From positions 10,036 to 74,035 of the forward strand of contig DLBG01000035.1 of assembly GCA_002494135.1 (NCBI GenBank): 64,000 nucleotides of DNA. The letters are read 5' to 3'. This stretch comes from Lachnospiraceae bacterium UBA7027. GTDB lineage: Bacteria > Bacillota > Clostridia > Lachnospirales > Lachnospiraceae. Below, piece by piece: positions 19,792-28,972 of this stretch; the first letter of the stretch is position 1; each line of letters starts with the position of its first letter. Made by a program: the position numbers and the translations under genes. A model generated the notes under the pieces. The model was not told where the DNA came from, searched no databases, and saw only the letters and a program-made list of their open reading frames with translations.

Positions 19792-19818
19792 AAAAACAAC
19801 CCGGCCTTCCGGCCGGGT
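19792..19818 (-). terminator. Intrinsic terminator after paralog D
   Basis: ACCCGGCC-GGAA-GGCCGGGT followed by TGTTTTT on minus. Confidence 0.75.
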
Positions 19819-19835
19819 CGGTCATTTGTATTCTC

Positions 19836-21569
19836 TTACTTTGCGATTGTTTTTACGCCATAGCAGTTCACGATATGAATATTATCGTTGAACACATATT
19901 CTTCCGGCATATCAAAGGACCAGTTAATGGTATTTCCGTCAAAGTACGGATCCAGCGTACATAACCAGTTGCCGTTAACGGTCAGGTAAGACTGTGTCTT
20001 GAATTCACTCTGATCGACACTGTCTGCCTTCGGTTTGCCCGGATAAGAGGGCACATAACGGTAAATCATGGTATATTCCAGCACTCCGTCCGAGAAAGAA
20101 ACTTTGACAAGTTCCACATATTCGGGTTTGCCGGAAATACGTCCGCCCTTCGATTTCACCTTGTCGATTGCCTTAACCACCTCGTTCATGTCCACGGTGA
20201 AGGCTACATGCCTGCCTCCGTTGCTTACCTGATAAGCCACGGACTTCGTGCCGCCGATGCCACCGCAGTTTACGCTGTCCACACCGTAATAATCAATTCC
20301 GCCGGCAGGCTGGTCTTTGGGCTGTTCTTCCGCCTTTTTCTCTTCCGCCTGTTTTTTCTGTTCTTCTTCGGCCTTTTTCTTTTCTTCCTCTTCCTTCTGC
20401 CTTTCTTCCTCTTCGGCCTTCTTACGTTCTTCCTCTTCTATGCGCTTCTTCTCTTCTTCCGCTTTTCTGGCTTTTTCTTCTTCCTCTTTCTTTTTCTTTT
20501 CTTCTTCGGCTTTCTGCTTTGCCTCTTCTTCCTCGGCAAGCTGCTTCTCTAAGTTCCCGATTCGCTCGATTTCGGATAAAACCTTGTCTCGCTTTTCCTT
20601 TACCGCATCCGTTCCGGCTTCGCGGGCTCCGCGGTTCATCTTGTTCTTTGCGGTATCGAGATACTCCTTACACTTGGCAAAATCCCCTTCCGCCTCGGCT
20701 TCGGAAACCATGGCGAGATATACATCGCCCAGTCCGAGATAAGCCTCGGGGCAGTTTTTCTTCATGTCAATGGCTTTGTCATAAGCCTTCAGTGCTTTGT
20801 CATATTCTCCGGAAGCTTTGAGTTTATCCGCACTCGCAAGCTGGCTTGTCAGCGCCGCAGCGGTCTGGTTTTTGCGGATTGCGATAAAACCGATTAATCC
20901 CGCCACAAGCAGTACGGCCGCAACCGCGATGATAATCGGAATAAAATTCGTTTTTCTCTGGGGCAGGGGCGCCGAAATCGGAATGAATTCTTCTTCGGCT
21001 TCCTCAGCCTTTACCGAAGTCTGTGCCGCATGATAAGCATTCACGGGTTCCTGCGGTTTCTTCGCATCCCTGGGAAGTGTCGGCATTTTCCCTGTCTGGG
21101 AAGTTACCGGTCTGCTTGCCTGGGTCGGTGCGGCAGACGCTGTCTGATTTACCGGAGTTGATGCAGCCGTCATTGCGGACTGTGCCGAAACCGGTTCCGC
21201 GACCTGCGGACGGAACGGTTCCGCCGGTTGCTGTGCGGGTGTATGTGCTGCGGGTGCCTGTACCGGTTGCTGCGCGGGTGTATGCGCTGCGGGTGCCTGC
21301 ACCTGCTGCCCTGCCGGTACCTCTGCGGCAGGTTGCGAAGGCGCCGGTGTCACCGGTCTGGCCGGTGCCCCGACAGGCTTTGTTCCGACAGGTTTTGCTC
21401 CCTGTGCGGGAACGGGTCTTGCTCCCTGCGGCATCGCAGGTCTTGCTCCGACGGGTTTTGCTCCCGCGGGCTTTGCTCCCATCGGTTTTGCTCCGACGGG
21501 TTTTGCTCCCACATGTCCCGCAGGATTCGTATTCGGCGTATGATTTACATCATTAAAATTGTTGTCCAT
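19836..21569 (-). CDS. TM-TPR-coiled-coil protein with long Pro/Ala-rich N-terminus (paralog D)
   Basis: GAKP[VMA] and QAPAAHTPAQQP repeats; GEYDKALKAYDKAI...PEAYLGLGDVY; C-terminal domain shared with paralog A. Confidence 0.85.
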   Translation of the reverse strand: MDNNFNDVNHTPNTNPAGHVGAKPVGAKPMGAKPAGAKPVGARPAMPQGARPVPAQGAKPVGTKPVGAPARPVTPAPSQPAAEVPAGQQVQAPAAHTPAQQPVQAPAAHTPAQQPAEPFRPQVAEPVSAQSAMTAASTPVNQTASAAPTQASRPVTSQTGKMPTLPRDAKKPQEPVNAYHAAQTSVKAEEAEEEFIPISAPLPQRKTNFIPIIIAVAAVLLVAGLIGFIAIRKNQTAAALTSQLASADKLKASGEYDKALKAYDKAIDMKKNCPEAYLGLGDVYLAMVSEAEAEGDFAKCKEYLDTAKNKMNRGAREAGTDAVKEKRDKVLSEIERIGNLEKQLAEEEEAKQKAEEEKKKKEEEEKARKAEEEKKRIEEEERKKAEEEERQKEEEEKKKAEEEQKKQAEEKKAEEQPKDQPAGGIDYYGVDSVNCGGIGGTKSVAYQVSNGGRHVAFTVDMNEVVKAIDKVKSKGGRISGKPEYVELVKVSFSDGVLEYTMIYRYVPSYPGKPKADSVDQSEFKTQSYLTVNGNWLCTLDPYFDGNTINWSFDMPEEYVFNDNIHIVNCYGVKTIAK

Positions 21570-21686
21570 TCGTACTCCCCACCTTTTACACGATTTTTAA
21601 GAAGAAATTCTTATTGTATTGCATAAATCGCACCTAATATTTTATCAAAAATTCCGGTGAATCGTCAATCGACAAGGCCGTTTCTT

Positions 21687-23177
21687 TCATCCTTTCAGCA
21701 ATTTCTTCACCGCATCCGCGTCAAATACCACTTTCTGCACGCCTTCGACCTCAATCCGGTAAAGCGCATTGGCCGCTATATGTTCCGCCGCCTGCTCCAA
21801 ATCACGGATTCCCGTGGTGTCGGAATACAGTTCCACAACGGTTTTCACGCCGTCCTCTGTCACCATGCACTCCTCTTCCTTCATGCTCATGCGCTTTAAA
21901 ATCTTCGGCAGGGCGAATCTCGAGAAAATAATCTGTTTCTCTTCCGGGGAATAATCCGGCAGATCGATGACCGCAAAACGGGACATTAACGGCGCACTGA
22001 TCAGGCTCTTGTCGTTTGCCGTCGCAATCGGATAAACACCGAACGTCGGCACCATGCACTCCATGTAGTTATCGGTAAAACCAAGGTTATCAAGAAGCGT
22101 TAAAAGCACATCCGCGGGATTTCCGTTTCCCTTGCCCGCATTTGCCTTGTCTAACTCGTTGATGATGAAAACCAGATTGGACTGTCCGGAATTGGCAAAT
22201 GCCTCCATAATCACACCGGGTTTTGCATTTGCATAAACCCTCGACGAGCCGGTCAGCTGCTCGGGATCGTTGATGGAACTCATATCCAGCGTCGTCCAGG
22301 GAAGTTTTAAAATTCTTGCCACCGCATAAGCCACCTGTGACTTACCGGTTCCCGCAGGGCCCGCAATCAAAAGTCCGTAAGCCGGCAGGGTATGTGTACG
22401 GTTAATCTGGATTACCGTCTCTATGATTCTCTGCTTTACGCTTTCCATTCCGTAAAGTTCTTCATCCAGAATTCTTCTGGCCTCGATGGGGTCGATGGCT
22501 TCGAAATAGTTGCTCTTCCACTGGATATTTAACATCGTGGAAAGTGCTCTCTGCGCATGACGTCTCTCTTCGGGCGAAACCTCGTGGGAACGCGCCACCG
22601 CCAGATTTCTTCTGGCCCAGAGACCGATGTTTTCGGGCAGTGTATCACCCGCACAGGTTAAGAAGTCCGTGATGCTCTGGATACTGGTAATGCGCATGTC
22701 ATCGCCGTTTTCCTCCGTCTCGTCCTCTTCATCGTCCCGATGTACGGGGGGATTGCTCTGCAGAAGTCTTTCAATCATGAACTGTAAAAAACCGTCCTCC
22801 GAAGACAGTTTAGTGCCGCCACCGAAGGCCTGTTCGCGGATTTTATACACCGCATAACCCTCTATGGTATTCCGGCCGGATAAACGCACTTTGATGCGGT
22901 TTTCGCCAAGCCACTTCAGAAGATGAACGAATCTCGAATCAATGCTCAGAATATCCGCACTGACGGTGCCTCCCTCCTCTTCGAATTCAAAGCTTGTCCT
23001 TTTATTCGGATTGGTGAAGAATCCGGTCGAATGATGCTTCCACTCCCTGGCGGAATGATCGAGAACCATTAACGGATGATCTGCATCCGGGGTTTCGTTG
23101 TGCGAATCAAACGCCGTATAGGTACATACCGCATCCTTTTTATCCACCGGTTCATTCTTAAAATCAAATACAGGCAT
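21687..23177 (-). CDS. Lon-like AAA+ ATPase lacking the protease domain
   Basis: ARRILDEELYGMESVKQRI, GPAGTGKS, LTGSSRVYANAKPG, INELDK, IATAND, GIRDLEQ; ends where the Lon protease domain would begin. Confidence 0.85.
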   Translation of the reverse strand: MPVFDFKNEPVDKKDAVCTYTAFDSHNETPDADHPLMVLDHSAREWKHHSTGFFTNPNKRTSFEFEEEGGTVSADILSIDSRFVHLLKWLGENRIKVRLSGRNTIEGYAVYKIREQAFGGGTKLSSEDGFLQFMIERLLQSNPPVHRDDEEDETEENGDDMRITSIQSITDFLTCAGDTLPENIGLWARRNLAVARSHEVSPEERRHAQRALSTMLNIQWKSNYFEAIDPIEARRILDEELYGMESVKQRIIETVIQINRTHTLPAYGLLIAGPAGTGKSQVAYAVARILKLPWTTLDMSSINDPEQLTGSSRVYANAKPGVIMEAFANSGQSNLVFIINELDKANAGKGNGNPADVLLTLLDNLGFTDNYMECMVPTFGVYPIATANDKSLISAPLMSRFAVIDLPDYSPEEKQIIFSRFALPKILKRMSMKEEECMVTEDGVKTVVELYSDTTGIRDLEQAAEHIAANALYRIEVEGVQKVVFDADAVKKLLKG

Positions 23178-23179
23178 TT

Positions 23180-23827
23180 CTACTCCTTCTTTCGTTCTTC
23201 TTTTTCTTTCGCTTTTTTCTCTTTCATTGTCAGATCGATTAATTCATCCAGGCAGTCACAAAGTTCTTTGCCGTTTTTGCCGCTGACAATCCGGATAATC
23301 TCGCCCCTGCGGTTTAAGAAAATCACCGTCGGATAAATCTTTGACGTAAGCTTCTCAAGTTCCTTTTCGGTCGCCGCATCCGCCACATACTGATGATACA
23401 ATACATCCTCACCGCGTGCAATCTCCGCGGCCTTTTTCACGGCCGCCTCATCCGTTTTCCCCGACTTGTCGCTGCACTTTATGCAGACACCCACAACGTT
23501 TGCGTACATCTCGTCGTCCCTGTGCAGGCATTCTTCCGCGAACATATTCATTTCGCTCATGTAACGAACGCAGTCCGCCGACTGGGGATACCAGATTTCA
23601 AGCACCGTAAAATCAAACTCTTCCATCCGCTTACTGTCCAGCACCGGGTCCGTATCGTCAAACGGTTTGAGCTGAATCTCTTTTAAAGCTAGCATGTTAA
23701 AATCAAGCGGCTCTTCTGTTTTCTTTTTCCCGTATTTTAAAAACACGCAAAGAAGCACGGCAAGCAGCATAACGGCAATGCTTCCCACAATCCAGACGAT
23801 TCTTTTGGCACGTGAACTGAACTGCAT
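23180..23827 (-). CDS. Membrane-anchored thioredoxin-like (TlpA-like) protein with SxxC
   Basis: TVLEIWYPQSADCVRYM; YPTVIFLNRRGEII cis-Pro motif. Confidence 0.7.
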   Translation of the reverse strand: MQFSSRAKRIVWIVGSIAVMLLAVLLCVFLKYGKKKTEEPLDFNMLALKEIQLKPFDDTDPVLDSKRMEEFDFTVLEIWYPQSADCVRYMSEMNMFAEECLHRDDEMYANVVGVCIKCSDKSGKTDEAAVKKAAEIARGEDVLYHQYVADAATEKELEKLTSKIYPTVIFLNRRGEIIRIVSGKNGKELCDCLDELIDLTMKEKKAKEKEERKKE

Positions 23828-23829
23828 TC

Positions 23830-24705
23830 CTAACGATTTACCTTTCTGAACTGTTTCGGTGTCATTTCGTATTTCTTCTTAAACACACGGATGAAGTGGC
23901 TGCAGTCCGCAAACCCGGTTTCCTCCGAAATGTAATTCAAATCGTAATCCGTAAAAAGCAGGAGTTTCTCCGCTTTGGTAAGCCGCAGAAATTCCATGTA
24001 TTCCTTACAGCTCTGACCGTAAAGCTTATGGAAGGTCTTGGCAAAATAAGAATAACTCATGTGGCACATCTGTGCCAGCTCGTTGACGCTTAAATTCTCT
24101 CCGATGTGCTCACTGATATAGAGAATGATACTGTGAACGGAGTACTCGCCGGTATTGTCAAACGGCTTTAATTCGCTGTCATAACCGTTTTCGTGCCAGT
24201 AACGGAGAAGTTCAACCAAAAATTCCGAGATTTCCGCATAAAGAATCGAATCATACCCGTATTTGCGTTCCGCCACCTCTTCAATACACTTTTTCGTGAA
24301 AAGATCGGGGTCAAAACCCGGAATGCTGTCTTTTGAAAAGCAGATGGGCAGATGTCTGCTCAAGGCCGGATTCTGGTAGATGGTTCCGATTCGCGGCAGG
24401 TAGTCTCCGTGCAGACGAATCCGGTCGGCGCTGAATTTTAAAACCGCATAGCGGCAGTCTTCTTTGGATTTACGATATATGGAATGCATGGCTAAAGGCG
24501 GCATGAAGATAAAATCGCCGGGCTTTAAAAAATAGGTTTTCTCGTTACACGTTACCTCAATTTCACCCTCCGTCATGTACAGAACTTCGATAAAATAGTG
24601 AAAATGCGATTCCACGGGAAGCGGATACTTTCTCGTATCGAAATAAAATGCCTCCACAGGTCGGTTTAAAACGTCGTCGTATTCAAAAATCGGTCTCATA
24701 AACAT
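23830..24705 (-). CDS. AraC family regulator (cupin + HTH)
   Basis: HFHYFIE cupin; ETGFADCSHFIRVFKKKYEMTPKQFR. Confidence 0.95.
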   Translation of the reverse strand: MFMRPIFEYDDVLNRPVEAFYFDTRKYPLPVESHFHYFIEVLYMTEGEIEVTCNEKTYFLKPGDFIFMPPLAMHSIYRKSKEDCRYAVLKFSADRIRLHGDYLPRIGTIYQNPALSRHLPICFSKDSIPGFDPDLFTKKCIEEVAERKYGYDSILYAEISEFLVELLRYWHENGYDSELKPFDNTGEYSVHSIILYISEHIGENLSVNELAQMCHMSYSYFAKTFHKLYGQSCKEYMEFLRLTKAEKLLLFTDYDLNYISEETGFADCSHFIRVFKKKYEMTPKQFRKVNR

Positions 24706-24821
24706 CCTTTCCCCAAACCGGGTGAGATAGATTTGTTCTATTTTCAGACATCTTAATTATATTCCGAAATCGGGGATTTTACTATACTCTTTTTCGGATT
24801 TGAAAGAAGGTTAAATCAATT

Positions 24822-26189
24822 ATGAAACACGCAAACGATATGACAAAAGGAAGCCCCTTAAAGGCACTCATCCTCTTCGCGCTTCCCATCATTCTCGGAA
24901 ATCTTTTCCAGCAGTTCTATAACCTGATGGACATTGCCATCGTGGGTAACCGCCTGGGAGACCACTCCCTTTCCGCCGTCGGGGCAACCAGTGCAATGTA
25001 CGGCCTGTTTTTAAGCCTGGCGCACGGTTCCGCCAACGGTTTCTCCATCGTCATCGCGAGATATTTCGGAGCAAGGGATACGGAAGGATTAAAACGTGCA
25101 ATCGCCCATACCTTAAAGCAGACCGTAGGGCTGGCACTTCTTTTAACCGCTTTGGCCTTGTTTGCAACGAAGCCTTTACTGATTCTTTTGCACACTCCCG
25201 ACGTGGAACTGTCCTACCGTTACATCTCCGTGGTTCTTTTTGCGGTATCCGTAACCGTGCTTTACAATGTCCTTTCGGGAATTTTAAGAGCCGTGGGCAA
25301 TTCTCTGGCTCCTCTTCTTTTCTTAATCATCGGCGCCGTTTCCAACATCGGCATGGACTGGTTATTCGTCTGTGTCTTTGATTTCGGTGTTGCCGGAGCG
25401 GCTCTCGCAACCGTGCTTGCGCAGGTTCTCTCCTGCGTTCTGACCGGAATTTACTTAATCAGAAAATGCAAAGCCATTCTGCCTTCCCGCGAACATTTTG
25501 TATCGGACCGTGCTCTTTCCATGGATCTTTTCCAGAATGCACTTTCCATGGCCATGATGTTTTCCATCGTCTCCATCGGATCCGTTTCCCTGCAGTTTGC
25601 GGTAAATTCCTTAGGCTCCGATATCGTTGCCGCCCATACCACGGCACGTAAAATCGATGAAACCATGATGGTTATGTTCGCCCCATTAAGCACGGCCTGC
25701 GCCACGTTCTGCAGCCAGAATTTCGGTGCTGGAAGATTCGACCGGATTAAGAAAGGCATCTTTACCGCCTTTGCCTTAAGCTTCGGTGTCTCCCTGCTTG
25801 CCATTGCGGCCACCTTCCTCTTCGGCGATTATTTCGTCAAAATCGTAAGCGGAAGCGAGAATCCGGTGGTTTTATCAAACGGCGCTTTGTATCTGAAACT
25901 GAATCTGCCCTTCTACTTCTTCCTTGTGGCCCTGGTGCTTCTGCGCAGTACCCTGCAGGCTCTCGGCCACAAGGTTGCCCCTTTGATTGCAAGTGCGGTC
26001 GAGATGATCGGTAAAATCTCCATCGCCTTTCTTTTGGTACCCCGGATTTCCTACATGGGCATCATCGTTTCCGAGCCCATCATCTGGGTAAGCTGCTCCG
26101 TCATCGTAATTGTGAATTTCCTTTTCGTCTACAAAAAAAGAGACGACATCGTCGCCTCTTTTCCTCATCGTTTATCCAAAGCTTCTTAA
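24822..26189 (+). CDS. MATE family efflux transporter
   Basis: FALPIILGNLFQQFYNLMDIAIVG; SQNFGAG; about 12 TM. Confidence 0.95.
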   Translation: MKHANDMTKGSPLKALILFALPIILGNLFQQFYNLMDIAIVGNRLGDHSLSAVGATSAMYGLFLSLAHGSANGFSIVIARYFGARDTEGLKRAIAHTLKQTVGLALLLTALALFATKPLLILLHTPDVELSYRYISVVLFAVSVTVLYNVLSGILRAVGNSLAPLLFLIIGAVSNIGMDWLFVCVFDFGVAGAALATVLAQVLSCVLTGIYLIRKCKAILPSREHFVSDRALSMDLFQNALSMAMMFSIVSIGSVSLQFAVNSLGSDIVAAHTTARKIDETMMVMFAPLSTACATFCSQNFGAGRFDRIKKGIFTAFALSFGVSLLAIAATFLFGDYFVKIVSGSENPVVLSNGALYLKLNLPFYFFLVALVLLRSTLQALGHKVAPLIASAVEMIGKISIAFLLVPRISYMGIIVSEPIIWVSCSVIVIVNFLFVYKKRDDIVASFPHRLSKAS

Positions 26190-26191
26190 AA

Positions 26192-27640
26192 TTAATTCTC
26201 CGTATCGGCCACCATATCCACAAGACACCACTGACCGTTGTATTTTACAAAGAGGTAGGTGCTCGAAGTGGAATCCACAATGTCTTCGCCCGTACGTGTC
26301 AGATGCATGGGCTTGTCGAACCGGATGTGGCAGGAGAAGCAGTCGTCCGTATAGCGGATGTATTCTCCGATTTCCACGTTCTTGAATGCCGGATTCTGCA
26401 GGGTATGTGCGGAAGTAAAGGTAATATCGATTCCGCCCGCCCAGCCTTTTGCAAGGCCGTCATAGAAGGAATCCGGAATCAGATACTGACGTACCTTGTC
26501 GAGTCCGTATTTTGCGCCTCCCAAATCGGCGGTCATAAACAGGCTCCAGGTCTCTGCAATATTCAAAGCCTCCGCAGAAAGATCGGAAGGCATTTCGCTT
26601 TCGGTTCCGAATGCCGCCGTGAAGGTATTGCCGCTTAACGTACATCCGTGTTCTGTTCCGGCTTCATCCGTTACGGTTACCGTCGGCTGCGCCGAAAGAG
26701 CGGGGATTTTATACTCAACCATCTGCGGGATGGTTACATAATCGGAAGCGTTTGCAAAAAGCTTTAAGTTCGCATTATTGCCGGTCAGATAGTTGTCGGA
26801 TACTTCCACACCGTTGACCATTACCTTGTATCCGGAGGGAGCGTTGATAATGTAATCCTGCGTATCGCCCGTTTTCTCAAGTTCTGCGGATTTTACCTCC
26901 CAGTCCATAATGGTAAGAATTCCCAGGATGACCTGCGGATTGACGGCCGTTAAGGTAACTTCCGCCACCGTTTCGCCGTCTGCCGTGATGTCATAAACCG
27001 GTTCCTCGGTGTTATAACTGTTGGCATCCTTTTCGTATGCAAGGGTTCTTCCGTTTGTCACGGAAAGAAGGTTGTTTAATTTTACATCTGCGGATTCAAA
27101 CTGCGAAGCACTCTCCGAAACGAAACCTTCGGGGAGTTCGCCCCGTCCGAGGCTCTCCTTAAAACCGTTAAAATACTCTTCCATCGCAAAAGTTGACTGG
27201 GATTTCTCGTATTTCTTCAGGGAACGGTTTACGTATCCGAGAAAGATCGCGCTGACAATCAGCAGGATCACGGTATATACAAGTAAAAAGCACAGATAAA
27301 AGAATCTGGAACGAATCCTGAATTTCTTCTTTCTGCCTCTTGCGGAAGCACTCCCTGAAGATGCGCTTCTTGAAGATGAGCTTCTTGCGGATGCGTTTCC
27401 GGAATTTCTGTAATCACGTTCCGAACTGCTTCTGTGAGAAGAAACACTCCTTGTACCGGCCGGTCTGCCCTGTGAAGAAGCGCTTCTGCTTCTTTGCGGT
27501 GCACCGGAAGATCTGTGCTGTGTCGAACCGTCTGATCTGCGCTGCGTACCTGTGGCGGATCTGCTGCCTGAAGGTCTGCTGCCCGAAGGACGGCCCGAAC
27601 CCGATCTGCTTGAATTTGAGGGTCTTCTGTATTCGCTCAT
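26192..27640 (-). CDS. Single-TM hypothetical protein, Ser/Arg-rich N-terminus, extracellular domains
   Basis: 482-aa ORF with TM near residue 115-135; 3-bp gap to the upstream gene. Confidence 0.8.
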   Translation of the reverse strand: MSEYRRPSNSSRSGSGRPSGSRPSGSRSATGTQRRSDGSTQHRSSGAPQRSRSASSQGRPAGTRSVSSHRSSSERDYRNSGNASARSSSSRSASSGSASARGRKKKFRIRSRFFYLCFLLVYTVILLIVSAIFLGYVNRSLKKYEKSQSTFAMEEYFNGFKESLGRGELPEGFVSESASQFESADVKLNNLLSVTNGRTLAYEKDANSYNTEEPVYDITADGETVAEVTLTAVNPQVILGILTIMDWEVKSAELEKTGDTQDYIINAPSGYKVMVNGVEVSDNYLTGNNANLKLFANASDYVTIPQMVEYKIPALSAQPTVTVTDEAGTEHGCTLSGNTFTAAFGTESEMPSDLSAEALNIAETWSLFMTADLGGAKYGLDKVRQYLIPDSFYDGLAKGWAGGIDITFTSAHTLQNPAFKNVEIGEYIRYTDDCFSCHIRFDKPMHLTRTGEDIVDSTSSTYLFVKYNGQWCLVDMVADTEN

Positions 27641-27643
27641 GAC

Positions 27644-28756
27644 TTAGTTCCCTCCTTTCGGTCTTACCACGAAAGCGGTAGGCAGCTTCCAGGAAGAGTT
27701 CTGATAATAGAAGGTAACGGAAGTCATTTCCCAGTTTCCGTTGTATACCATGGTGGAGGAACTTCCGCCGTCAAGGTTTGCGGCATTGACTGCGCCGTAT
27801 TCCTGCATGATGGCAATTAAGTCGGATGCGGTTGCTCCGAGATGTCCCGCGGTTCCGCGGCCGTCGGTTACGAGAAGCAGAATGGCTCCGTCCGCACGCT
27901 GACCGATTACGGTTCTCGGATTGGCACCGCTGCCCTGTCCACCAAGCTGTCTGGGTTCTCCGTTGATAATCAGAGGTACAAAGTGGTTGTTGGAATCGGA
28001 TGCTTCATCCTGGAAGGCAACCGCATCACGGATTCCTTTTTCCGCCACGTAGTTTTCAAATGCTCCGGCGCTCATGCCGGTGATTTCCTCGACAATCAGG
28101 ATATTTTCGTTGTTCATGCCGATGACGTAAAGGCCGGCCAGGCCTCCGGGATTGTTGTAGGTGATTTTACCGTCCTGAACAACCACCCCCATGGGAGTAC
28201 CGCCAGCATTACCCGTGGAAACATACAGGCCGCCGTTTACTCCGGCAACACCGCCCGCACCTTCCACAAGTTCGTTCAATTCTTTTCCGTACTTGCCCCA
28301 GGGATAGGTACTGCCTACGGCTACCTGCGAAGGATCCTTGATAATCAGCATCTTCGCAAAGAAAGAACGTCCGGAAATCTCCTCTAAGCGGATTCCGTTT
28401 TCGTCAAAGACTTCGGTATCCCCTTCCTCGGGCGTTTCGGATGTCTCCACTGTGATTAAGGAAGTATTCTGCTGCACTTCCATCTTCTTCATGGCATTTG
28501 CATTGACAATCTCGTTGATTTCTTCATCGGAAACCAGCATATGGGCAACAAACTTTAACTGTCCGCTCTCCATAAGGGTTGTGATGAGAAGACTCTTCGT
28601 GGAATCGTTTTTAACCATTTTACGAAGCATGATGCCTACGGTTCCGGCAACGATGACAATGGTAACCGCCAAAACAATTACCACGCGTAAAACCCATGTA
28701 AGAATGTTCTTAACGGGTGATTTTTTCTTTTTTCTTTTTCTACTGCTTACCGCCAA
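27644..28756 (-). CDS. Phosphodiester glycosidase (NAGPA-like) family protein
   Basis: VNGG, NPRTVIGQRADG..LLLVTDGR, AANLDGGSSS; TTG start with GGAGG RBS. Confidence 0.9.
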   Translation of the reverse strand: MAVSSRKRKKKKSPVKNILTWVLRVVIVLAVTIVIVAGTVGIMLRKMVKNDSTKSLLITTLMESGQLKFVAHMLVSDEEINEIVNANAMKKMEVQQNTSLITVETSETPEEGDTEVFDENGIRLEEISGRSFFAKMLIIKDPSQVAVGSTYPWGKYGKELNELVEGAGGVAGVNGGLYVSTGNAGGTPMGVVVQDGKITYNNPGGLAGLYVIGMNNENILIVEEITGMSAGAFENYVAEKGIRDAVAFQDEASDSNNHFVPLIINGEPRQLGGQGSGANPRTVIGQRADGAILLLVTDGRGTAGHLGATASDLIAIMQEYGAVNAANLDGGSSSTMVYNGNWEMTSVTFYYQNSSWKLPTAFVVRPKGGN

Positions 28757-28830
28757 CTCTTCCTCCGGTTATCGTCGTCATTCGACCACGTAATAAAACG
28801 AATCCGAAGATTCATATTCCCCAAAATGTA

Positions 28831-28860
28831 ATTATAACACAAGTACAAGATATTATGCAA
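28831..28860 (-). promoter_or_regulatory. SigA-type promoter
   Basis: TTGCAT-N18-TATAAT with extended TG. Confidence 0.7.
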
Positions 28861-28972
28861 ATTTTATGTGGTATCCCCATATATTGCGGCTGTGTGTCAC
28901 GCTGCGGGGTTATTTGTCGCGTGCCTGCCGCCGTGTCTTCGCTGTCGTAAAGTACGGCGCGCGTACGAAAAA

